From: Candidatus Saccharimonadales bacterium
GTDB taxonomy: Bacteria > Patescibacteriota > Saccharimonadia > Saccharimonadales > 2-12-FULL-41-12
DNA: 64,000 nt
Direction: 5' to 3'
Assembly: GCA_041906505.1 (NCBI GenBank)
Contig: JAYRJB010000008.1
Span: 8,053 to 72,052, forward strand
The notes beneath the pieces were generated by a model. It had not been told where the DNA came from. It did no database searches and saw only the letters and a list, made by a program, of their open reading frames with translations. This document shows, piece by piece, positions 56,128 to 64,000 of this stretch (the stretch's first letter is position 1; each line of letters opens with the position of its first letter). The translations under genes and the position numbers were made by a program.

Positions 56128-56320
56128 TGTGACCAAGAAGTAGTGGGCGACTTGTTTGCTGTGGTTACAAAATCATAGCCAAAAAAGCAAACTGAGTACG
56201 CAGGAATCTTCGGCGCCAAATCAAAATAAATACAAATATCGAGCAGTAGTTTCGTGGGTATACGATTCTACTTATATTGTTTGCAACCATCAAATATAAC
56301 CAAGGAGTGACCAACCTTAT

Positions 56321-59300
56321 ATGGCAAAAAGCACCACAGCCGAAACGGCTAAAAAACGCACGTACTTTACGAATAATCAACCAGTCATAGATTTGCCTAA
56401 TCTAGTCGACCACCAAAACCGCTCGTGGCAGTGGTTTGTAGACGAAGGTCTGGGTGAGCTACTCGCCGAGATTAGTCCAATCGATGACTATACAGGAACA
56501 AAACTATCACTTCGGTTTAAGGATTATCATTTTGAGGATCCAAAAACTACCGAGGCTGAAGCCAGAGAGAATAACATCAGTTACGAGGCGCCGCTCAAAG
56601 CCAAAGTTGAGCTTACCAATAAAGTAACTGGCGAAGTAAAGGAACACGAGATTTATTTAGGTGATTTTCCCTGGATGACTGATCGTGGAACATTCGTTAT
56701 CAATGGCGCCGAACGAGTTGTGGTCAGCCAGCTAATACGCTCAGCCGGCGTGTTCTTTACCTCCGAGCTTGTAGGTGGCAGAAATCTGTATGGTGCGAAA
56801 GTCATTCCTGGGCGCGGTGCATGGTTAGAGTTTGAGACAGCCGCGAACGGCGCACTATTTGTAAAAATTGACCGCAAGCGCAAAATACCGGTTACAACCC
56901 TACTTCGGGCTCTCGGACTCAGTGAGGCGCAAATGAAGGACGAGTTGAAGCATGTCGATCAAGGAAAATCTAGCTATCTTGAGTCAACTTTGGATAAAGA
57001 TCCTTCAAAGACCACCAGCGAGGCTTTGATTGAGGTCTACAGACGACTTCGCCCCGGCGATCTTGCGACAGTTGATAATGCTCGAAGCTTGCTCGAGAAC
57101 ATGTTCTACAACTTTAAGCGTTTTGATTTCTCGAGAGTTGGACGCTACAAAATCAACAAGCGGCTCGATCTCGACGTTCCAAACACTGCCGAAAATCGTG
57201 TAATGCGCATCGAAGACTTGCTTGCAATTGTGAGTGAGATTGTTCGACTCAATAACACACAAGAACCTGCGGACGACATCGATAGCTTGGCCAACCGGCG
57301 CGTGAAATTGGTTGGAGAGCTTGTCCAGCGCCAATTTCGTATTGGTTTGCTTCGAATGGAGCGAAACACGAAAGATCGCATGAGTATGAGTGAGATAGAA
57401 ACTGTAACTCCAGGCCAGCTTATTAACGCCCGTCCAGTTGTAGCAGCGGTAAGGGAGTTCTTTGCGAGCTCTCAGCTTTCTCAGTTCATGGATCAGATCA
57501 ACCCGCTTTCGGAGCTTGCCCACAAGCGACGCTTAAGCTCTATGGGTCCCGGTGGTCTATCGCGGGAGCGTGCTGGATTTGAAGTTCGCGATGCACATGC
57601 AACACACTATGGCCGAATTTGCGCCGTAGAAACCCCCGAAGGAGCCAACATTGGACTCGTTCTCAACATGGCAAACTACGCACGGATTAACGACTACGGG
57701 TTTGTCGAAACTCCTTATCGAAAAGTTATCAATGCCGTAACAGCCAAAGACGCGGTTAGCCATATTGCCAGCGTTAATTTAGAAGATGACAAAGGGAAAA
57801 CCCTGGTTAAAAAAGGTGCCAAAATTACTGCAGCTGACGCGAAGAAATTAGCGAGCGTGAAGTCGCGCGTGACCTGGCCCGTGAAAGCAAAAGTCACAAG
57901 CGAAATTGTGTATCTCGGTGCGGCGGACGAAGATAAAGCAATTATTTCCGGTGCCGGAAACCCAATTGATGACAACGGCTACTTTATCGACGACAGGGTA
58001 AGTGCCCGAGCTCGTCTTAGCGTTGGTGAAATTGACGCTGATGACGTCACGCACATGGACGCAGCCCATAACCAGATAATTGGGTCGATTGCCGGTCTTG
58101 TGCCATTTGTCGAGCGCGATCGAGTTGACCGCGCATTGGTTGGGTCAAACCAACAAAAACAAGCGGTCCCGCTGGTAAAGCCAAAAGCCCCGATTGTTGG
58201 CACTGGTCTCGAATCAGTCGTTGCTTCGAATAGTGGCCAAATTGTATATGCCGAAGAAGGCGGAGTTGTGAAGAAGGCCAACGCTGACGAGGTGGTTGTC
58301 GAATATGCAAAACGCAAAGCTACCTATCGCCCGATGCACTATGTGCGCAGTAACGAAGGGACATGTATCAACCAAAGAGTTGTGGTAAAAACAGGTGACA
58401 AGGTGAAAAAAGGCGATGTGTTGATTGAGGGCATGTCAATGGAATCTGGCGAACTCGCGCTTGGTCGTGATCTTTTGGTCGCGTTTATGCCGTGGAACGG
58501 CTACAACTTTGAAGATGCAATGGTCATCTCGCGGAAACTTGTTGAGGATGACCAGCTTACGAGCATCCACATTGTTGACTACATGACCGAGGTAAGAGAA
58601 ACAAAGCTTGGTCCAGAAATTGTCACCAGCGACATTCCAAATGTCAGCGAAGATGCGTTGCGTCACCTGGACGAGAACGGCATCGTCAGAATAGGCGCAG
58701 AAGTTCACCCAGGAGATATTTTGGTTGGAAAAATTACTCCAAAGGGCGAACAAGAGCTTTCCAGCGAAGAAAGATTACTCCGAGCAATATTTGGTGAGAA
58801 AGCCAAGGAAGTTCGAGACACTTCCCAGCGAATGAGTAACGGCAAGCACGGAAAAGTCGTGGGCGTTAAAATCTTTTCTCGAGCAAATGGGCACGAACTA
58901 AAGGCTGGTGTGATCATGCAGATCCAGGTGTTCGTCGCGCAGATGAGAAAAGTCCAAGTTGGCGATAAGCTTGCAGGCCGCCATGGAAACAAGGGTGTTA
59001 TTGCCCGAATTCTACCAGTTGAGGATATGCCATTTACAGAAGATGGTACGGTGGTAGATATCATTCTCAACCCAATGGGTGTGCCGAGTCGTATGAATCT
59101 TGGGCAGCTCTTCGAAACACATCTTGGAATGGCCGCAAGAGCGCTTGGTATTAAGGTAGCGACTCCGTCTTTCGATGGTGTCGACACCCAAAAAATTGGC
59201 GAACTGCTAAAGAAAGCTGGCTTTCCAGAAGACGGCAAACAACAGCTTTATGACGGCCGAACTGGCGAAGCATTTCAAGAAAGAACAGTTGTTGGAAACA

Positions 59301-59851
59301 TGTACATGCTGAAGCTGACTCACATGGTAACAGACAAGATACATGCCCGTTCGACTGGTCCTTACACTATGGTTACGCAGCAACCCCTGGGCGGAAAAGC
59401 CCAGAACGGCGGTCAACGTTTTGGAGAAATGGAAGTATGGGCGCTCGAGGCTTACGGTGCAAGCAATATTTTGCAAGAGATGCTCACGATCAAATCGGAT
59501 GATGTGTACGGTCGCTCCAAGGCGTATGAGTCAATCATTAAGCAAACAGAAATAGTTGGCCCCAAAGTTCCAGAAAGCTTTAACGTGCTTGTTAAGGAGC
59601 TTCAAGGCCTTGGACTTAAGGTGGACTTGATTGTAAGTGACAATGTTGTTGACGCCGAAGAAGTGCTTGCAGAAAACATCAAGGGCGAGGCCGAAAATCT
59701 CTCGACAGTTGATGTGCCGGCCCCAGAAGCAAGTAACGTTGACGTTACAGAAGACGCTGCTGTTGATGAGTACATGGTTATGGAACTAGAAGATGATTTA
59801 CCTGCTACCACTGTCGTCACGGATGCAGAAGAAGTTAAGGAGGAGCTCTAA
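56321..59851 (+). CDS. rpoB: DNA-directed RNA polymerase subunit beta
   Basis: Full-length RpoB with conserved blocks (GTFVINGAERVVVSQL, RSPGV-like, NMQRQ-like QQKQAVP, GRHGNKGV, GEMEVWALEAYGA). SD AAGGAG upstream. Confidence 0.98.
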   Translation: MAKSTTAETAKKRTYFTNNQPVIDLPNLVDHQNRSWQWFVDEGLGELLAEISPIDDYTGTKLSLRFKDYHFEDPKTTEAEARENNISYEAPLKAKVELTNKVTGEVKEHEIYLGDFPWMTDRGTFVINGAERVVVSQLIRSAGVFFTSELVGGRNLYGAKVIPGRGAWLEFETAANGALFVKIDRKRKIPVTTLLRALGLSEAQMKDELKHVDQGKSSYLESTLDKDPSKTTSEALIEVYRRLRPGDLATVDNARSLLENMFYNFKRFDFSRVGRYKINKRLDLDVPNTAENRVMRIEDLLAIVSEIVRLNNTQEPADDIDSLANRRVKLVGELVQRQFRIGLLRMERNTKDRMSMSEIETVTPGQLINARPVVAAVREFFASSQLSQFMDQINPLSELAHKRRLSSMGPGGLSRERAGFEVRDAHATHYGRICAVETPEGANIGLVLNMANYARINDYGFVETPYRKVINAVTAKDAVSHIASVNLEDDKGKTLVKKGAKITAADAKKLASVKSRVTWPVKAKVTSEIVYLGAADEDKAIISGAGNPIDDNGYFIDDRVSARARLSVGEIDADDVTHMDAAHNQIIGSIAGLVPFVERDRVDRALVGSNQQKQAVPLVKPKAPIVGTGLESVVASNSGQIVYAEEGGVVKKANADEVVVEYAKRKATYRPMHYVRSNEGTCINQRVVVKTGDKVKKGDVLIEGMSMESGELALGRDLLVAFMPWNGYNFEDAMVISRKLVEDDQLTSIHIVDYMTEVRETKLGPEIVTSDIPNVSEDALRHLDENGIVRIGAEVHPGDILVGKITPKGEQELSSEERLLRAIFGEKAKEVRDTSQRMSNGKHGKVVGVKIFSRANGHELKAGVIMQIQVFVAQMRKVQVGDKLAGRHGNKGVIARILPVEDMPFTEDGTVVDIILNPMGVPSRMNLGQLFETHLGMAARALGIKVATPSFDGVDTQKIGELLKKAGFPEDGKQQLYDGRTGEAFQERTVVGNMYMLKLTHMVTDKIHARSTGPYTMVTQQPLGGKAQNGGQRFGEMEVWALEAYGASNILQEMLTIKSDDVYGRSKAYESIIKQTEIVGPKVPESFNVLVKELQGLGLKVDLIVSDNVVDAEEVLAENIKGEAENLSTVDVPAPEASNVDVTEDAAVDEYMVMELEDDLPATTVVTDAEEVKEEL

Positions 59852-62800
59852 TGAGACGCTATAACAGTGGTACTAATATTGCCGATTTTGATGCAGTTCG
59901 ACTTGCGGTTGCGAGCCCAAGCGATATTTTGGACTGGAGTTACGGTGAGGTTACAAAGCCAGAGACCATTAACTATCGAACCCAAAAACCAGAACGTGAT
60001 GGATTATTCTGTGAGCGAATTTTTGGACCCGTCAAAGACATTAATCCCCATGATGCGAAGTACAAAGGTGTTCGCTCGAGAGAGGCTGCGGTTGATAAAA
60101 ATGGTGAGCTTGTTACTCGCTCGATCGTCCGCCGCGAAAGAATGGGTCATATTCAACTGGCCAGCCCGGTTGCACACATCTGGTTCCTTAGAGGCACTCC
60201 AAGCGCAGTAGGTTTACTCCTTGGGATGACGGTAAAAAGCTTAGAAAGAGTAGCCTATTTTGCAAGCTACATAATCAAATTCGTTGATGTTGAGAAACGT
60301 GATCAAATGTTGGCAGACAAAGAAGCCGAATTCGCGGCAGCACAAGAAGCTATAAAAGCTCGATACGAAGCCGAAGGTGCGAAAGAAGGCGCCAATGTGA
60401 AGGCACTTGCCGAAATGCAAACAAAGGAGCTTGAAGAGGTAGAGGCTGAGTGGGAAATGCTCAAAGAGCAACTTGAATCACTCGAAAAGCTTCGCCTTCT
60501 CAGCGAAAACGATTATAGAGCCCTGCCAGATGACATTCAGAAAATGATAAAGGTAGGAATGGGCGGATCAGCCATAAAAGAGCTGCTTGAAGAAATTGAT
60601 TTGGTCAAGCTTATTGACGATCTTGCAAACGAGGCCGCCGAAGCAAAGGGTCAGCGAAAAAAGAAAATCATGAAACGACTTCGTCTTCTTGAGAGTATGG
60701 AGCGGGCTGGCATCAAACCTTCAAGTATGTGTGTGAGTGTATTGCCGGTTATCCCCCCAGATCTTCGACCGATGGTTCAGCTGACTGGTGGGCGATTCGC
60801 AACCTCAGACCTAAATGATTTGTATCGTCGAGTTATTAACAGAAATAACCGACTAAAGAAGCTTATTGATCTAAATGCACCAGAGGTGATTCGTCGAAAT
60901 GAACAGCGAATGCTTCAAGAAGCTGTCGATGCGCTTATTGATAATAGCTCAGCTCGAAGTGGCCGAGCTGTTGCCGCCACAGGCCAACGACGTCGCCTCA
61001 AATCGTTGAGCGATATGCTAAAGGGTAAGCAAGGCCGATTTCGCCAAAACCTACTCGGTAAAAGAGTCGACTATTCTGGCCGTTCGGTGATCGTCGCAGG
61101 TCCAGAACTAAAGATGCATCAATGTGGTTTACCAAAAATGATGGCCTTGGAATTATTTAAGCCATTCGTCATAGGTCAACTTATTCAAAATGAGCTTGCG
61201 CACAATATTCGAAGTGCTACACGCATGATAGAAACTGCCGAAACAGCGGTTTGGGACGCCTTGGACGAGGTTATCAAAGATAAGTACGTACTTCTAAATC
61301 GCGCACCGAGTTTGCACCGACTCTCTATACAGGCGTTTCAGCCAGTGTTGATTGAGGGTAAAGCAATTCAGCTCCATCCTTTGGTATGTAAAGGGTTTAA
61401 TGCGGATTTCGACGGTGACCAGATGGCGGTCCACCTTCCTCTAAGCGAAAAGGCTCAAGCCGAAGCTCGCGACATCATGGCTTCAAATAAGAATTTGCTA
61501 AAACCTGCTGACGGAACCCCGATTCTACACATCGAACAAGACATTGTTCTGGGCTGTTACTACCTAACTTACGAACGACCGGGGAATAACAAGAAGAATG
61601 TTGCCTACAGCAGTCTCGCAGAGGCGCTTATGGCACACGACGGGGGAATTCTTAAACTTCAAGACGTAATTACGATTCCGTTTCGTGGCGAAAAGCGAAC
61701 CTCAACGCTCGGTAGATTTTTGTTCAATGAAATATTTCCCGAAGATTTTCCGTTCCAAGATGATGCAATGACAAAGAAGAAGCTTGCGAGTGTCATGTCC
61801 GAGGTATATCAACGTTACGGACAGGACAAAAGTGCGAAAATCGCAGACGACCTAAAAACACGTGGGTTTAGAAGTGCTACGAGCTCTGGAATTTCCATGG
61901 GCATGAGTGACTTTATTGACATCAAAAAACTAAAACCTATTTTGGAGGCGGCAGAGGTACGGGCCACGGCGATTAGCGGTCAGTATGATGAGGGCTTTAT
62001 CACCGAAGATGAACGCTATAGGCTTACGATCGAGACGTGGACAGATGCAGATAATGATGTCCAGACTGCACTATCAGAACAATTTGCCGGCGAAGATAAC
62101 GCCATGTCAATGGCGGTTGTATCTGGGGCTCGTGGTTCGATTGTTCAGGTAAAGCAAGTTATTGGCTCTGTTGGTATTTTGTCGGACGCAACTGGCCGGG
62201 CTATGGAGCTTCCGATTAAAAGCAACTACCGAGATGGTCTTAACCCGCTGGAATACTTTACCTCTACGCGTGGGCAGCGAAAAGGCTTGATCGATACTGC
62301 GCTTAAGACCGCAGACTCTGGGTATCTTACTCGTCGGCTTGTCGATGTTGCTCAAGACGTCTTCACTATCGAAGAAGATGCTTCAGATCCTGGTTTTGCA
62401 ATGTACCGAAGCGACGCAGAAGAGATTGGTATTGACTACGCTTCTCGCCTAGCTGGACGATATGCAGCCGAAAACATTGGCTCTCATGTCAAGAAGGGTG
62501 CGCTTATTACGCCAGAAATTGCCAAGGCCATTGAGAGTGATTCGGCACTTGATGGCGTAAAGATCATGAGCGTGCTTAGTTGCAGTGCGGTAAAAGGTGT
62601 TAATAGGAAAAGCTATGGACTTGATCCCGCGACTGGTGAGCTAGTTGCCGACCATAGTCCAATTGGTGTGATTGCTGCCCAGTCAATTGGTGAGCCTGGA
62701 ACGCAGCTGACCCTAAAAACATTCCACTCCGGTGGTGCTGCGGTTGCAGATGACATTACTCAAGGCTTGCCTCGAGTAGAGGAATTGTTTGAGAATCGAA

Positions 62801-63651
62801 CACCAAAGGGTAAATCATTTCTTGCGGATATTCCAGGGAAAGTTGCAGTGTGGGAGGAAGGCGATAGTTATGTCGTCCAGATTACGGATGACAAAGCAAA
62901 AGTCGCTCAGCTAACAATTGGCGACCGCACTCCTCAAGTTGCGGCAGGGACCGAAGTGTCGGTTGGAGATGTTGTGGCGGCCGCTGAGGGCGGCGATAGT
63001 CCACTTATTGCCCCTGTTGCAGGTAAGGTCACGATGACGAAAAAAGTGATCACCATTACCCCGGCAGGACAGAGCGTGATCAAGTACGAGATTCCTGGCT
63101 ATAAGCAAATACTCGTCAAAGACGGTCAAGAGGTAGTTGCAGGACAAAAGCTTACTAACGGATCAGTAAACTTGCACGATCTCATGAGATTACAAGGCGT
63201 TGAGGCAACACAAAGATATATAATGAATGAAATCCTTCGTATTTTTGCCAGCCAAGGTCAAAATATTGCTGACAAGCATCTCGAAATAATTGTGCGCCAG
63301 ATGTTTTCTAGGGTACAAATCGAGGACGCCGGCGACAGTGAGTTTGTGACGGGGGATATAGTCAGTAAGCTTGCCGTAGTTGTCGAGAACGAAAAGCTTG
63401 TTGCCCAAAAGAAAGAGCCGGCAGTTTACAACCAGTTATTGCTTGGCATCACTAAGGCGTCGTTGAGCACAGATTCATTCCTCTCAGCAGCGTCATTCCA
63501 AGATACGACCAGAGTGCTGATTGCGGCAGCTACCAGCGGTAAAGTTGACCATTTGTTTGGGCTCAAAGAGAACGTGATACTTGGTCGTCGGATTCCCGTT
63601 GGCACAGGACACAATATTCAAGAAGACGAAGAAGTTGTCGAAGATCAGTAA
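59851..63651 (+). CDS. rpoC: DNA-directed RNA polymerase subunit beta'
   Basis: [12 protein letters not shown] catalytic motif, LNRAPSLHR, bridge helix and trigger loop regions. The start ATG shares an A with the rpoB TAA (TAATG). Confidence 0.98.
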   Translation: MRRYNSGTNIADFDAVRLAVASPSDILDWSYGEVTKPETINYRTQKPERDGLFCERIFGPVKDINPHDAKYKGVRSREAAVDKNGELVTRSIVRRERMGHIQLASPVAHIWFLRGTPSAVGLLLGMTVKSLERVAYFASYIIKFVDVEKRDQMLADKEAEFAAAQEAIKARYEAEGAKEGANVKALAEMQTKELEEVEAEWEMLKEQLESLEKLRLLSENDYRALPDDIQKMIKVGMGGSAIKELLEEIDLVKLIDDLANEAAEAKGQRKKKIMKRLRLLESMERAGIKPSSMCVSVLPVIPPDLRPMVQLTGGRFATSDLNDLYRRVINRNNRLKKLIDLNAPEVIRRNEQRMLQEAVDALIDNSSARSGRAVAATGQRRRLKSLSDMLKGKQGRFRQNLLGKRVDYSGRSVIVAGPELKMHQCGLPKMMALELFKPFVIGQLIQNELAHNIRSATRMIETAETAVWDALDEVIKDKYVLLNRAPSLHRLSIQAFQPVLIEGKAIQLHPLVCKGFNADFDGDQMAVHLPLSEKAQAEARDIMASNKNLLKPADGTPILHIEQDIVLGCYYLTYERPGNNKKNVAYSSLAEALMAHDGGILKLQDVITIPFRGEKRTSTLGRFLFNEIFPEDFPFQDDAMTKKKLASVMSEVYQRYGQDKSAKIADDLKTRGFRSATSSGISMGMSDFIDIKKLKPILEAAEVRATAISGQYDEGFITEDERYRLTIETWTDADNDVQTALSEQFAGEDNAMSMAVVSGARGSIVQVKQVIGSVGILSDATGRAMELPIKSNYRDGLNPLEYFTSTRGQRKGLIDTALKTADSGYLTRRLVDVAQDVFTIEEDASDPGFAMYRSDAEEIGIDYASRLAGRYAAENIGSHVKKGALITPEIAKAIESDSALDGVKIMSVLSCSAVKGVNRKSYGLDPATGELVADHSPIGVIAAQSIGEPGTQLTLKTFHSGGAAVADDITQGLPRVEELFENRTPKGKSFLADIPGKVAVWEEGDSYVVQITDDKAKVAQLTIGDRTPQVAAGTEVSVGDVVAAAEGGDSPLIAPVAGKVTMTKKVITITPAGQSVIKYEIPGYKQILVKDGQEVVAGQKLTNGSVNLHDLMRLQGVEATQRYIMNEILRIFASQGQNIADKHLEIIVRQMFSRVQIEDAGDSEFVTGDIVSKLAVVVENEKLVAQKKEPAVYNQLLLGITKASLSTDSFLSAASFQDTTRVLIAAATSGKVDHLFGLKENVILGRRIPVGTGHNIQEDEEVVEDQ

Positions 63652-63654
63652 AAG

Positions 63655-63663
63655 TGTTAGAAT
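63655..63663 (+). promoter_or_regulatory. extended -10 element TGtTAGAAT downstream of rpoC, upstream of rpsL
   Basis: Read directly. rpsL has SD AAGGAG at 63731-63736. Confidence 0.4.
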
Positions 63664-63740
63664 AGATATATAAAATAAGCAATCTGAGCCAGGTGCAGGC
63701 ATTCATCATGCAGCAGTAGATTGCAACGCTAAGGAGTAAA

Positions 63741-64000
63741 ATGCCAACAATTAATCAACTTGTGAGAAAACCACGCACTCGCGTGACTTCTAAAAGCAAG
63801 TCGCCAGCTATGCAGCGGGTGGTAAATAACCTAAAAACCAGGAATTACGAAAAGCCAGCGCCATTTAAGCGTGGTGTATGCGTAAAAGTAACTACTAAGA
63901 CTCCAAAAAAGCCTAATTCGGCACTGCGAAAAGTGGCTCGTGTTCGTTTGACCAATGGCTACGAGGTATGGGCATACATCGGTGGCGAAGGACACAATCT
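63741..64000 (+). CDS. rpsL: 30S ribosomal protein S12, N-terminal part (3' end outside window)
   Basis: [12 protein letters not shown]...[26 protein letters not shown]. Confidence 0.95.
   Translation, partial: MPTINQLVRKPRTRVTSKSKSPAMQRVVNNLKTRNYEKPAPFKRGVCVKVTTKTPKKPNSALRKVARVRLTNGYEVWAYIGGEGHN

Noticed and set aside
1-64000. Search for mobile elements, prophage, CRISPR arrays, toxin-antitoxin or defence islands, and rRNA.
   Set aside because: I recognised no transposase/integrase/recombinase-like ORFs, no terminal inverted repeats and no regularly spaced direct repeats. Every long ORF is either housekeeping or a lone hypothetical embedded in conserved operons. The PIN/TRAM and YraN genes sit in their usual housekeeping contexts.

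Overview
Dense (about 95% coding) housekeeping chromosome segment: 55 protein-coding genes (first and last truncated by the window edges) and one tRNA-Leu(UAG). I saw no rRNA, transposase/integrase, CRISPR array or recognisable defence island. Standard genetic code; TGA is used as a stop. Content left to right: pheT 3' end, DUF2207, FKBP, a redox cluster (NrdH-like glutaredoxin, trxB, FNR-like reductase), GDPD, ppa. Then a compact sugar-phosphate operon (gap, rpiB, rpe-like, split transketolase, class II fba, PfkB kinase). Then uvrB, gatC-gatA-X-gatB-galU-DUF948-YtxH (translationally coupled), dnaE, a CAP-domain protein, a SpoU methyltransferase, an orphan PilB/GspE-like ATPase and malic enzyme. 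Then rplS-rnhB-yraN, pepN, nusA, clpC, radA, a PIN/TRAM protein, PBP1A, tyrS, recG, rsmD, hisS, tig, NUDIX, clpP, rpoB, rpoC and the rpsL 5' end. Split transketolase, Firmicute-like synteny (clpC-radA-PIN/TRAM, DUF948-YtxH, rplS-rnhB-yraN) and several orphan membrane proteins suggest a reduced-genome monoderm-type bacterium. My best guess is Saccharibacteria/Patescibacteria; this is inference, not verified. I found no discrete multi-gene accessory system. The most interesting signals are regulatory or translational: (1) dnaE has no canonical start codon upstream of its conserved PHP N-terminal motif (ATT start or -1 frameshift); (2) near-consensus CIRCE operators overlap the -35 of both the clpC and clpP promoters; (3) tandem NrdR-box-like palindromes lie upstream of the NrdH-like gene; (4) an intrinsic terminator sits in the nusA leader; (5) -10 hexamers recur 6-10 nt before SD-less start codons, implying widespread leaderless mRNAs; (6) TyrRS carries a TrpRS-type TIGN motif instead of HIGH. 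Orphan proteins worth follow-up are listed in the findings.
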